In this document: positions 28,759-38,164 of the stretch, piece by piece
Layout of the letters: every line of letters starts with the position of its first letter
Position numbering within the stretch: the stretch's first letter is position 1
Assembly (NCBI GenBank): GCA_035632675.1
Contig: DASQGJ010000050.1
Location: forward strand, 69,619 to 133,618
Length of the DNA: 64,000 nt
Direction: 5' to 3'
Source: Candidatus Dormiibacterota bacterium
GTDB lineage: Bacteria; Acidobacteriota; Terriglobia; Terriglobales; Acidobacteriaceae
Made by a program: the position numbers and the translations under genes
The notes under the pieces: model-generated
Told to the model about the DNA's origin: nothing
What the model saw: only the letters and a program-made list of their open reading frames with translations
Databases searched by the model: none

Positions 28759-31464
28759 ATGAAAAGTCAATTCCGCAGGGGGCTTCTCTGTTTTGGGTTG
28801 AGCGCCGGTTTGTGCCTTGGGTCGTCGTGCGGGGCCTTGGGAGGGAAAGGGGGAGGCGGCGGAAAGAACATCACAGACCCGGTCACTGGGCTGACGGCAA
28901 CCGGGGGTAACGCCCAGATAACGTTGAACTGGAACGCCTATGCGGGAGCGACTAGCTACGCAGTCTTGCGCTCGGCGACGAGCGGCGGCCCTTTCACCTA
29001 CATCGACATCAGTTCGTTTGAACCTCCGATCACCACGACGTCTTATACCGACGCCGGCATACCGAACGGCACGACCTATTATTACGAGGTCGTAGCCGAT
29101 GGCAGTTGGGGTGTAAGCAACCCGTCCAATCCGGCGTCCGCAACGGCTGCGGGACCGAGCACGAGCATCGCGGTGACGGTTGATGTGCTCGCCAACCAAC
29201 ATTCTCTGAGCCGTTACGTCTACGGTGGCGCTTTTCCCGAAAAGCTGGCCACGCCAGTCAATGCCCAATCCACCGCCCTCAATGTTGACCTGACCGCTGT
29301 GCGATGGGGCGGAAATGCCAGCTCAACCTATAACTGGCAACTGGGCACATCCAATGCGGCCAGCGATAACTTCTTTGAAGATCTTACGTTTTGCGGAGTG
29401 GGAGGCCTGCCGACCAATAGTCCCTGCGCCGAGAGCGACTCTGTACAGTTCATCAAGGACGCTGACACCGCGCAAACGGCTCCGGTGATGACGATGCCCA
29501 TGCTGCCCTGGGCCGCGCAAGGCCCAGCGAGCAACGGAAACGGGCACTGGAGCTTTTCGGTCGCCAGAGATGGTGCGCAGTGTCATACCGATCCCCACAA
29601 CTCCGACGCCGGAGATGGCGTAGCGTTGACCTCCAATTGCAATACACTGCCGGCATACCTGGCGGCGAGTTCGACTGACATCAACGACGCCTATGTCCCC
29701 CTGCTGGATGACCACTCCCAGACCTGCCCTTCCGGAACAAGCTGCGTGTACCGCAGCGATTGGGCGACCGCGCTGGCGGCTGCCTTTGCCGGGAACTCGT
29801 TCTTCCCGCATTTCTATGAGATGGACAACGAGATGGACATGTGGGGAGTCACGCATCGCGATATTCATCCCAACCCTTCCGGGTACGACGAACTGGCCAG
29901 TGTTTATCTGACGGAGGCGAACAAACTGAAAGGCTGGGACCCGCAAGCCGTGCGGCTGGGACCTGTCAGTTGTTGCTGGTGGTTGTATTGGAACGGCGCG
30001 AATAGCAACGACAAAGCCGCGCACGCGGGTGAGGATTTCCTGCCCTGGTGGCTGAACCAGATTTATTGGCAGGACCAGATTTCCGGGGCGCGCTCGCTCG
30101 ACGTGTTCGACATCCACGCATTCCCGGACGCAACGACTACCGACAGCAAAGGCAATCCCCTGCCCAAAGCGCAACTGCAGGCGCTGGCGGGCAGCATTTT
30201 CCGCGACTACTGGGACCCGACGTTTGTAAGTCCTTCCACCACGATCAACCAGCAGAGTGCGACCAGCATCCAGCCCAACAAGACCATTCCCTTCCGCATT
30301 CCGCGCATGCGCGCCCTCGCCAACACGATTTATCCCGGAACTCCGCTGGCCATTACAGAGTGGGGCGCGGCTTTCGCCGGCGAATCGGATTTCTCCACGG
30401 CGCTGGCTGACGCCGATGCCTACGGCATCATGGGCCGCGAGAATATATACGTTGCATCCCGATGGAACGCGCCCAATCCCGCGAACCCGAACTACTGGGC
30501 CCTCAAGCTTTACACAGACTACGATGGCCTGGACGACGCATTTGGATTCATTGCGGTCTCTGATACCCACAATGGTGATCCAAATCTGTTTAGCAGCTAC
30601 GCGGCCCTGGGGGGATTCAGCGTGAACCAACCGAATATCATGGTGATCAACAAAGATCCCCAGAACTCGGCGCAAGTGCAGTTCACGCTCAAGAATTTCA
30701 ACCCCACTACATACCAGAGCTATACACTGGCCTCGCCGTCCCCGACTGTCATCACCGGTTCCGCTCAGCAACCCTGGTCGGCCGTCCAGTACTTCCCGCC
30801 GTACAGCATCACGTTGCTCGCGGTCAGCGGCAGCATCCCGTCAGCTGGCCCTGGCTTTAGCCTCAACCCCGACACAATCATGGTCCCGGCTGGCGGAACT
30901 GTCACTTTGGAAGCGACCGGCAACGGCAATGTCACGCTGTCGTCGGCGGTGTTCGATGCCTTTGAAGGAGCGGCCGCTTGTTCCGGCAGCATTGTGCTGA
31001 CAAATCCCACGATCACTGCCTCCCAACCGGCCCAGCTTACGGTGAACGCGGGCAACACGCAGGGCTTCTGCCACTTTACTGTGACCGAGAGCAGCGGCAG
31101 CCTGACTGAGGGTGGCTGGATTATCGTCGGCAATCCCGCGGCAGGCCTGACGGCCACAGGCGGCAATCACCAAACCGGCATGCACGGAACAACGTTGCCG
31201 CTGGCGCTGGCGGTGAGTCTTGCTCCGGGCAGCTCCGGTGGCGCGAATCCGGCCAGCGGCGCCAGCATACTGTTCAGCACCAATGCCGGCACCGTGTCGA
31301 ACGGCACGACCAGCGGCTCGAAGGTGATCGCGACTACCAATAGCTCGGGTGTCGCTTCAGTGACGCTAACGCTGCCTTCCGCGGCGGAGGCCGTTACGGT
31401 CACCGCCGAAGGTCCGTACGGCCTCGGGCATCCCACGGTTACGTTCACCGAAACTTCGCAGTGA
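28759..31464 (+). CDS. secreted clan GH-A glycoside hydrolase, GH44-like, with Fn3 and C-terminal Ig-like domains
   Basis: Lipoprotein-type signal (LCLGSSC) from ATG 28759. Fn3-like segment (LTATGGNAQITLNWNAYAGATSYAVLRSATSGGPF). YEMDNEMDMWGVTHRDIHP (acid/base NE) and LAITEWGA (nucleophile) fit a (beta/alpha)8 GH. The GH44 assignment is from memory of the DNEP..W..TH.D.HP motif. Confidence 0.55.
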   Translation: MKSQFRRGLLCFGLSAGLCLGSSCGALGGKGGGGGKNITDPVTGLTATGGNAQITLNWNAYAGATSYAVLRSATSGGPFTYIDISSFEPPITTTSYTDAGIPNGTTYYYEVVADGSWGVSNPSNPASATAAGPSTSIAVTVDVLANQHSLSRYVYGGAFPEKLATPVNAQSTALNVDLTAVRWGGNASSTYNWQLGTSNAASDNFFEDLTFCGVGGLPTNSPCAESDSVQFIKDADTAQTAPVMTMPMLPWAAQGPASNGNGHWSFSVARDGAQCHTDPHNSDAGDGVALTSNCNTLPAYLAASSTDINDAYVPLLDDHSQTCPSGTSCVYRSDWATALAAAFAGNSFFPHFYEMDNEMDMWGVTHRDIHPNPSGYDELASVYLTEANKLKGWDPQAVRLGPVSCCWWLYWNGANSNDKAAHAGEDFLPWWLNQIYWQDQISGARSLDVFDIHAFPDATTTDSKGNPLPKAQLQALAGSIFRDYWDPTFVSPSTTINQQSATSIQPNKTIPFRIPRMRALANTIYPGTPLAITEWGAAFAGESDFSTALADADAYGIMGRENIYVASRWNAPNPANPNYWALKLYTDYDGLDDAFGFIAVSDTHNGDPNLFSSYAALGGFSVNQPNIMVINKDPQNSAQVQFTLKNFNPTTYQSYTLASPSPTVITGSAQQPWSAVQYFPPYSITLLAVSGSIPSAGPGFSLNPDTIMVPAGGTVTLEATGNGNVTLSSAVFDAFEGAAACSGSIVLTNPTITASQPAQLTVNAGNTQGFCHFTVTESSGSLTEGGWIIVGNPAAGLTATGGNHQTGMHGTTLPLALAVSLAPGSSGGANPASGASILFSTNAGTVSNGTTSGSKVIATTNSSGVASVTLTLPSAAEAVTVTAEGPYGLGHPTVTFTETSQ

Positions 31465-31716
31465 ATGCCTTGCGCAACTGCGATCCGTCGGCGAATCTGG
31501 GAGACGATCAAGGTGCCCGTCATGTTCGTGAACTCCACCGACGATTTCATCAACCCGGCGACGTTGGGGAATCGCCGAGCGCGAGATCAAGGGCGTGAAG
31601 CATGGCAAGTTCGTGCTGATAACGGTGTCAAGCAGACGCATGGGCATGGGACCCACATGTCGGCCGCCGTGTGGCAGGAGCATTTGAAGGAGTTACGGTC
31701 CACGAAGAGCGAATGA
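31461..31716 (+). pseudogene. frameshifted 3' fragment of a paralogous alpha/beta hydrolase gene
   Basis: Nucleotide-level homology to 25870-26123, the last ~84 codons of the hydrolase at 25023-26123. ETIKVPVMFVNSTDDFINP and QTHGHGTHMSAAVWQEHLKEL are in frame. The middle IAEREIKGVKHGKFVLITVS is only readable in another frame. Confidence 0.7.
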
Positions 31717-31806
31717 GGAGAGCCTCACCGATTGTGCCGAAGTAAAACGTGGGCTCAATAAAATTCTGGTGAGCCGCAATACTGCGGGCTTTCTGCCAAT
31801 CGCGTT

Positions 31807-32628
31807 CTACGCTAGCGACGGCTTCGCTTGCTGCGAGCTCGGCTGATTATTCGGGACTAGTCGTTGCCGGGCGGCGAGCCACTCTGCGACGATCCACGCA
31901 GCGCCTATCGCTGTCAGGTTGTACGCGTTGGCGCCCCAGGACGCATGCTCGCGGGGAGAAGAAAATATCAAAGGTGCCAATGCCAGGGCACTAAAGACGA
32001 GCAGCATCAGCCCAAGGAGTCTGGCGGCGAGAACGTCGAGCACCCCCGTTATGATGCCCAGGCCCGCAAGAACGAATGCGATTCCGGTGAGCACCGCCCA
32101 GAAGGTTGCACCGAACGGCATCCATTTGGGAATCATTGGAACCACCGTCCAGACGGCGGTCAGGTGCGCCAGGCCGAAATCGATAGAGCAAAGCCCGAAC
32201 GTCCAACGAACGAGCCTGGCTGCTCGCTGCGAAAGTGAATCTAGTCCTGACAGTGCTTTCCAGACAATCACTGCCGCGACGAAAAGGATGATTTCCTGGC
32301 AGACATCCCCGAGAACACCGAAGTAGACATAGGCTCGATGTCCGAGGACGTGGGGCCCCCAGTAGAGGCGTGGCAAAGGAAACAGCACAAAGATGCCGTA
32401 CAGGATGGTCAGCGATGTCGCGCTTGAGCGCCTGCTCCAGCGCCACAACAGGGCTGCGCCCGCGACCACGAGCCAGATGGCGGCAATGTACGCAAAGATC
32501 CTGGCACCGGGAATGTGGTCGCCCCAAGCCTGAAGGGGCTGATCGGAGGGATCGAACTCACCCCAGACGAGGTCCGTGATGCCATAGGCGACGGCTGCGA
32601 TGCCATATACGTAAACGCCGATTTTCAT
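31807..32628 (-). CDS. polytopic membrane protein (about 8 TM), family not recognised
   Basis: Alternating hydrophobic helices throughout. Coding-like composition. Confidence 0.5.
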   Translation of the reverse strand: MKIGVYVYGIAAVAYGITDLVWGEFDPSDQPLQAWGDHIPGARIFAYIAAIWLVVAGAALLWRWSRRSSATSLTILYGIFVLFPLPRLYWGPHVLGHRAYVYFGVLGDVCQEIILFVAAVIVWKALSGLDSLSQRAARLVRWTFGLCSIDFGLAHLTAVWTVVPMIPKWMPFGATFWAVLTGIAFVLAGLGIITGVLDVLAARLLGLMLLVFSALALAPLIFSSPREHASWGANAYNLTAIGAAWIVAEWLAARQRLVPNNQPSSQQAKPSLA

Positions 32629-32864
32629 GATCGTTCTGCCTGGCGTTCCGACGCAGCAATCTTAGGCCAGTTCGTGGTTCGTCGGCAAAGCGGAAGCTAT
32701 CGGGTTAGTTGGCGTAATATCTCCACTACGCTCCACATGGGCACGCCGCTAGGAAGATCCCACCATCCTGCTTCCTCCGGGAACTTTCCTGCCGCCCCAT
32801 CCGTATCTTCCCTTGCTAACGGATTCCAACGCCCTTCGTCTATTTGGCATAAGGGGTTAAGGCA

Positions 32865-33392
32865 ATGAAAACACAAGCATTGGGATGGCTGGCCGCTGGG
32901 GTGCTTGCAGCCGGACTGAATTCGAGCTATCAGAATGGGGGCATGCAGTGGGCCCACCGGATCGCGGACCGGGTCGAATACCGCACCAGCGCCGTGCTGG
33001 CCCTGGCCACCGGACGCGCCGACAGGTTTCTGACTGCCGAGCAGTCGATGAGCAGCGATAGTGAAACCCTTCCGTCGCAGTGCCAGCTGAGGACCGCTCT
33101 GGTAAAGATTCAAACGTCGATGACGGGGGCGCACTCCGAGTTTGACCGCTTCGAGGCGATGACGGCGCGGCAAGAGGCGCAACTGGCAAGGCTTGAGGCG
33201 AACCGGGCGCGGATGGAAGCCCAACTCGTCCGGGTTCGCATTCCCGCAGTCAACATCAATCCCGTGGTGGTTCGGGTGCCGAACGTCAATGTGTGTCCCC
33301 GGGTGCGCGTGAATGTTCCCCGCGTGCCGCGAGTCACGATTCCGTCGGTTCCGGTTGTCCATGTCGAGTACTCGGGACCGGGTCCGGTCTAG
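32865..33392 (+). CDS. hypothetical secreted protein with coiled-coil and PxV repeats
   Basis: Signal peptide. EAMTARQEAQLARLEANRARMEAQL is followed by repetitive VRVPNVNVCPRVRVNVPRVPRVTIPSVPV. Confidence 0.4.
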   Translation: MKTQALGWLAAGVLAAGLNSSYQNGGMQWAHRIADRVEYRTSAVLALATGRADRFLTAEQSMSSDSETLPSQCQLRTALVKIQTSMTGAHSEFDRFEAMTARQEAQLARLEANRARMEAQLVRVRIPAVNINPVVVRVPNVNVCPRVRVNVPRVPRVTIPSVPVVHVEYSGPGPV

Positions 33393-33422
33393 CGCAAAGA
33401 TAGTTCTTATCCTCCTGGAAGC

Positions 33423-33456
33423 ACGGGCGCGGAAAACAAGCCGCGTCCGTTTTTTA
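33423..33456 (+). terminator. rho-independent terminator-like hairpin
   Basis: acgggcgcgg / ccgcgtccgt form an imperfect stem with one mismatch, followed by tttttt. It separates the accessory block from ftsQ. Confidence 0.5.
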
Positions 33457-33670
33457 ATTGCGCGCGAAATACGTTTACGGGGGTGGCCGGGCTTCGCCAT
33501 GGCCGGACAGCCGAGGCGGCTGTCGCTGCGTGAGCTGATGAGCGCGCGAGCATTGGTACCCAACCCGGTTCCTGGCTGTGCAAAACGGACGATTTTTGAT
33601 CCTTCTCATTTCGAGAATTCGGCTATAGTGAAAAGGCTCAGCGATTCCTGACGACAACTGACCTGAACTG

Positions 33671-35005
33671 ATGGCGAGGAAGAGTCCCACCATCTTGCAG
33701 GAGGAGTTGTACCCGTCTCACGCCGGGAATTCCAGCGCAGAACCTGCGCGCGAGGAACTGGATGACGCGCGCCTGGTCGACCTGGACGTTGCCGAGGAAT
33801 CGCCTTTTCTGCGCGGGCAAAAGCGTGTCCCAGCCCGCCGCAGTTCGCTCCCCAGGAAAACCGCCAGCCGCCTAATCTGGGCTTCGGTCGCCGCCGTAAT
33901 TCTCGGCGCTGCGACCGTTGCCGCGGCCACCCTGTACAACTACGGCGAACATTCGTGGCGCTTCCGCATTGAGTCGAGCGACAACATCGAGGTCGCGGGC
34001 ATCGAGAACGTGACCAAGGCGCAAATCATGGAAGTGATGGGCGCCGACATCGGCCGCAACATCTTCTTCGTGCCGCTCACCCAGCAGAAGTCGCAACTCG
34101 AACAGATTCCGTGGGTGGAGTCGGCCAGCGTGATGCGCTTCGTGCCCAACCGGCTGAAGATCGAAATCCACGAACGGACTCCGGTGGCGTTCGCTCGTGT
34201 GGGCCCGCGCATTTTCCTGATCGATGCTGGTGGCACGCTCATGGAGTTGCCGCAGAAGCACAAGTATTCCTTCCCCGTGATTCTCGGGATGTATCCCGGC
34301 GAACCGCTCTCGACACGCGTGCCGCGCATGCGGGCCTACAACGGACTGGTACAGGAACTCGACTCGGGAGGGGCGCGCTACTCACAGGACCTGAGTGAAG
34401 TTGATCTCTCGGATCTCGAGAATCTGAAAGTGCGGGTGAATGATCCCGCGGGCGACGTGCTGGTGGAACTCGGGTCGTCAGACTATCTGAAGCGCTACAA
34501 AACCTACATCAGCCACGTGCAGGAGTGGCGGCAGCAGTTCCAGAAACTCGAGTCGGTGAATCTGCGCTACGACAATCAGGTGATCGTGAATCCTGACATG
34601 GAAGGGAGACCGAAGCCGGCGGCGCTGACGGCGGCAGCGGCGCGCGCGGCGGTGGCGGCCGGCGTGAAGCCGGCGGCGTTGATCACCAAGATCAATCCGC
34701 ATGATCGTTCGATTCCGAAGCCGGCGTTTGAGCTGACGGAGAAGAAGCTGGACCCGAAGGCGGCGGCTGCGAAGAGGCCAACTGCGCATGCCCGACCAAA
34801 GAAGACGGTAGCGAAGAAAACACCTCCGAGGAAGGACACCGCGAAGCATCCTGCAACGGCAAAAGCGAGCGCCGGGCCGGCGCATGCTGCGCCTGCAAAG
34901 ACGGTGGGGCCAAAGCCGGTGCAATCGGCGCCGGTGGCCGCGAATACGACTCCGAAGCCGAGCGCGGCAGTTGTGAAACAGCCGGGGAGCACAGGGCGCA
35001 ACTAA
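33671..35005 (+). CDS. ftsQ: cell division protein FtsQ (POTRA domain) with long Lys/Ala/Pro-rich tail
   Basis: Cytoplasmic N-terminus, one TM, POTRA-like IEVAGIENVTKAQIMEVMGADIGRNIFFVPL...IPWVESASVMRFVPNRLKIEIHERTPVAF. It lies immediately upstream of ftsA. Confidence 0.8.
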   Translation: MARKSPTILQEELYPSHAGNSSAEPAREELDDARLVDLDVAEESPFLRGQKRVPARRSSLPRKTASRLIWASVAAVILGAATVAAATLYNYGEHSWRFRIESSDNIEVAGIENVTKAQIMEVMGADIGRNIFFVPLTQQKSQLEQIPWVESASVMRFVPNRLKIEIHERTPVAFARVGPRIFLIDAGGTLMELPQKHKYSFPVILGMYPGEPLSTRVPRMRAYNGLVQELDSGGARYSQDLSEVDLSDLENLKVRVNDPAGDVLVELGSSDYLKRYKTYISHVQEWRQQFQKLESVNLRYDNQVIVNPDMEGRPKPAALTAAAARAAVAAGVKPAALITKINPHDRSIPKPAFELTEKKLDPKAAAAKRPTAHARPKKTVAKKTPPRKDTAKHPATAKASAGPAHAAPAKTVGPKPVQSAPVAANTTPKPSAAVVKQPGSTGRN

Positions 35006-35042
35006 TTGATGTGACGGAATTCATAAAACGGTATTCATAAAT

Positions 35043-36263
35043 ATGGGGAACCAGCAGGGAAGTTTTCTCACGGCAATCGATGTTGGCAGCGCCAAGACCT
35101 GTGCGCTGATGGCGGAGCTGACAGACGCCGGGCTGCGCTATCGCGGTCACGGTGCAGCCGAGTCGCGGGGCTCGCGCAAAGGTGTCATCGTAGAACTCGA
35201 CAAAGCGGTGGCGGCGATTCAGAAGGCAGTCGAATCTGCCGAAGACATCGCGGGCGCTCCGGTCGAGCACGCGATTGTCGGCATCGGTGGCGCGCACGTG
35301 CGCGGCGTCAACAGTCATGGAGGCATCAGCCTGGGCACGCGTCCACGGGAAATCGGGCGCGACGAGATCAAGCAGGCCGTCGAACGCGCGCGCGCTATTC
35401 CGCTGCCCGCTGACCGCGAGATTCTGCATCTGTTGCCGCAGGAGTTCATTCTCGACGATCAATCTGGCGTGCATGATCCGCTCGGCATGATGGCCGCGCG
35501 GCTGGAAGTGCGCGTCCACATGGTGACGGCTGCAACCAGCGCCACCCAGAATGTCATCACCGCGGTCAACCGAGCCGGAGTGCACGTTGACGACACCGTG
35601 TTTGAGCCGCTGGCGGCGGCCGATTCCGTGCTGCGCAACGACGAGCGCGAACTCGGCGTGTGTCTCGCGGACATCGGCGCGGGTTCCAGCGAACTCATCG
35701 TCTTTCAGCAAGGTGCGGTGGCATGGACCGGAGTCATTCCCGTCGGCGGAGATCACTTCACCAGCGATCTGTCCGTGGGCCTGTGCACGCCGCTCGCGGA
35801 AGCGGAAAAGATCAAGAAGGTCTACGGCAACGCGATCGTCACGCTGATTCCGGAAGGCAACGAAGTGGAGGTGCCTTCGGTGGGGGATCGTCCGTCGCGC
35901 CTGATGCCGCAGCGGCTCGTCGCGGAAATTCTCGAACCGCGTGCCCGCGAACTTTTCGAGATGATGCGTGACGCGTTGCGCCAGAGCGGCATGTTTGAAG
36001 TCTGCATCGCCGGAGTCGTGTTGACCGGAGGAGCTTCACGCCTGCCGGGAATCTTCGACGTGGCGGAGTCGGTGTTACGGCGCTCGGTCCGGCTGTCCTG
36101 GCCGGCGCCGTTGGCCAAGATGCCGTCGACGTTGTCGGAGCCCGAGTTTGCCACCGTGCTGGGCATGGTCAACTACGGACACCGCGCCCGTATCGCCCGC
36201 GGCCTGCAGGAAGACCGCTGGGGGACGAGGTTGAAAGCGTTGTTGGTGGGCAAGGGAGCATAA
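35043..36263 (+). CDS. ftsA: cell division protein FtsA
   Basis: Actin-fold FtsA pattern (AIDVGSAKTCALMAE, VGIGGAHV, DIGAGSSELIVF, VLTGGASRLPG). Confidence 0.92.
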   Translation: MGNQQGSFLTAIDVGSAKTCALMAELTDAGLRYRGHGAAESRGSRKGVIVELDKAVAAIQKAVESAEDIAGAPVEHAIVGIGGAHVRGVNSHGGISLGTRPREIGRDEIKQAVERARAIPLPADREILHLLPQEFILDDQSGVHDPLGMMAARLEVRVHMVTAATSATQNVITAVNRAGVHVDDTVFEPLAAADSVLRNDERELGVCLADIGAGSSELIVFQQGAVAWTGVIPVGGDHFTSDLSVGLCTPLAEAEKIKKVYGNAIVTLIPEGNEVEVPSVGDRPSRLMPQRLVAEILEPRARELFEMMRDALRQSGMFEVCIAGVVLTGGASRLPGIFDVAESVLRRSVRLSWPAPLAKMPSTLSEPEFATVLGMVNYGHRARIARGLQEDRWGTRLKALLVGKGA

Positions 36264-36305
36264 GAGAAGTGCAAGTGAATGAAGGAACGCGGGAGGAATG
36301 GAGAT

Positions 36306-36426
36306 TTCTCAGCGTTCTCAGCGGATGTTCTCTGCGGCCTCCGCGGTTAAAGGCTCTCGTTACGCTGACGACTGCAACACTTTAACCGCAGAGAACGCGG
36401 AGAAGATCCGCTAAGAACGCAGAGAA
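36306..36426. repeat. CTCAGCG/CGCAGAG-unit palindrome
   Basis: ttctcagcgttctcagcggatgttctctgcggcctccgcggttaaag ... ctttaaccgcagagaacgcggagaagatccgctaagaacgcagagaa. ftsA-ftsZ spacer. Confidence 0.65.
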
Positions 36427-36457
36427 AAAGAGCGCAGGAGAACGGAATTCAATCGAG

Positions 36458-37804
36458 GTGGACGACATGAGCAACGATTCCAAGATTCGCATCAGCTTCA
36501 ACGAGGAAGCCCGGAACGACGCCAAGATAAAAGTCATCGGAGTTGGCGGAGGCGGAGGCAACGCGGTCAACCGCATGATCGATGCCGGAGTGGAAGGCAT
36601 TGAATTCATCGTTGCCAACACCGACCTGCAGGCGCTGCGCATGTCGCACGCGCCCGTGAAACTGCAGCTCGGAGTGAAGCTGACGAACGGACTCGGCGCT
36701 GGCGCGAATCCGGAAGTTGGACGCAAGGCTGCGCTCGAAGACTCCGACAAGATCATCGAAGCGCTCGAAGGCGCCGACATGGTATTCGTCACCACGGGCC
36801 TTGGCGGAGGCACCGGCACGGGAGCCGCTCCCATCATCGCCTCGCTCGCCAGTGAAATGGGTGCGCTGACGGTTGCGGTGGTCACCAAGCCGTTCTCGTT
36901 CGAAGGCAAGCGCCGCATGCAGCAGGCCGAGCGCGGCATCTCGGAGCTGATGGAATCGGTCGACACCACCATCGTGATCCCGAACGAAAAGCTGCTCGCG
37001 GTCGCCGAAGACGCGGGCTTTTTCGAATCGTTCCGCATTGCCGACGACATTTTGCGTCAGGGCGTGCAGGGAATATCCGACATCATCACCATCCCCGGCA
37101 TCATCAACCGCGACTTTGCCGATGTGAAGACCATCATGGCCGGCATGGGCTACGCAGTCATGGGTACGGCTTCGGCGTCCGGAGCGAAGCGCACGATCGA
37201 AGCCGCTCAGCGCGCGATCGCTTCGCCGCTGCTTGAAGCCGGAGCCATCGATGGCGCCCGCGGCATTCTCATCAATATCACCGGATCTACGTCGCTCAAA
37301 CTGGCCGAAGTGCAGCAGGCGTGTTCGATCATCCAGAGCGCCGCGCATGAAGACGCCAATATTATTTTCGGCGCAGTGATGGACGAGAAGATGAAAGACG
37401 CCGTGAAGATCACCGTGATTGCCACGGGATTCCGCGAAGTGGCCAGCGCACGCCACCGGCATCAGGAAGTGCGCCCTTCATTCTCGGCTGCGCACGACGA
37501 CGCCATGGATTTTCCCGATGCTCTCGGCCCGCGCGATCCCGAACCGCCGAAGCACATCATGTCTGAGTCGCAGATGTCGAGCTCCATCATGAACGACGGC
37601 ATGAGCGAGGATCGTGGGTTTGAAGATCGTGCTTTTATGGACGACCCCACTCCGATTGCCATGGCGCAAACTTCCGAGCGCGTCCCGGAGGTGGTCTCGC
37701 TCGACTCGATGCGATCGAGTGTTCTCACAAATCTGAGCACGAACTTCGAGCAGGACGATCTCGATGTCCCCGCGTTCCTGCGCAAGCGCAACGATGTAAT
37801 GTGA
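36458..37804 (+). CDS. ftsZ: cell division protein FtsZ
   Basis: Tubulin signature [14 protein letters not shown]7 loop region, conserved C-terminal peptide [10 protein letters not shown]. Confidence 0.95.
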   Translation: MDDMSNDSKIRISFNEEARNDAKIKVIGVGGGGGNAVNRMIDAGVEGIEFIVANTDLQALRMSHAPVKLQLGVKLTNGLGAGANPEVGRKAALEDSDKIIEALEGADMVFVTTGLGGGTGTGAAPIIASLASEMGALTVAVVTKPFSFEGKRRMQQAERGISELMESVDTTIVIPNEKLLAVAEDAGFFESFRIADDILRQGVQGISDIITIPGIINRDFADVKTIMAGMGYAVMGTASASGAKRTIEAAQRAIASPLLEAGAIDGARGILINITGSTSLKLAEVQQACSIIQSAAHEDANIIFGAVMDEKMKDAVKITVIATGFREVASARHRHQEVRPSFSAAHDDAMDFPDALGPRDPEPPKHIMSESQMSSSIMNDGMSEDRGFEDRAFMDDPTPIAMAQTSERVPEVVSLDSMRSSVLTNLSTNFEQDDLDVPAFLRKRNDVM

Positions 37805-37820
37805 AAAACGTGTCCTATGA

Positions 37821-37883
37821 CCACGGAGTCACGGAGGCACGGAGAAAAGACAAAGATTTCTCCGTGGCTCTGTGCCTCCGTGG
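37821..37883. repeat. CACGGAG/CTCCGTG-unit palindrome, probable terminator after ftsZ
   Basis: ccacggagtcacggaggcacggagaa ... ttctccgtggctctgtgcctccgtgg. Confidence 0.6.
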
Positions 37884-38164
37884 TGGAGCCGGTTGGTACG
37901 CAAAGCTTTTCACACAGGGTAGTACCTTTCCAGTAACGTGGTAACGCATTACCGAAAGGGCGGAACCCACGTAATCTCCGCGTATATTGCTGTTTCGGAG
38001 TAAGTTAGATCAGAAAGACGGTTTTTGCCGATCTAAACTTTGAGATTGCCAGAACATGGTAAGTCTCGTAGTATCAGCGCAGTCGCACCGTGGGGAGGGG
38101 TTACCACCCGCTGGCCCGTTGCGTGCATCGAAGTACATAGATTTCTGGAGAGTAATCAACCAAG

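Noticed and set aside
31465-31716. 83-aa ORF that could be taken as an intact small gene.
   Set aside because: Only its two ends match the hydrolase C-terminus in frame. The middle matches in a different frame. It is therefore better explained as a frameshifted gene fragment.
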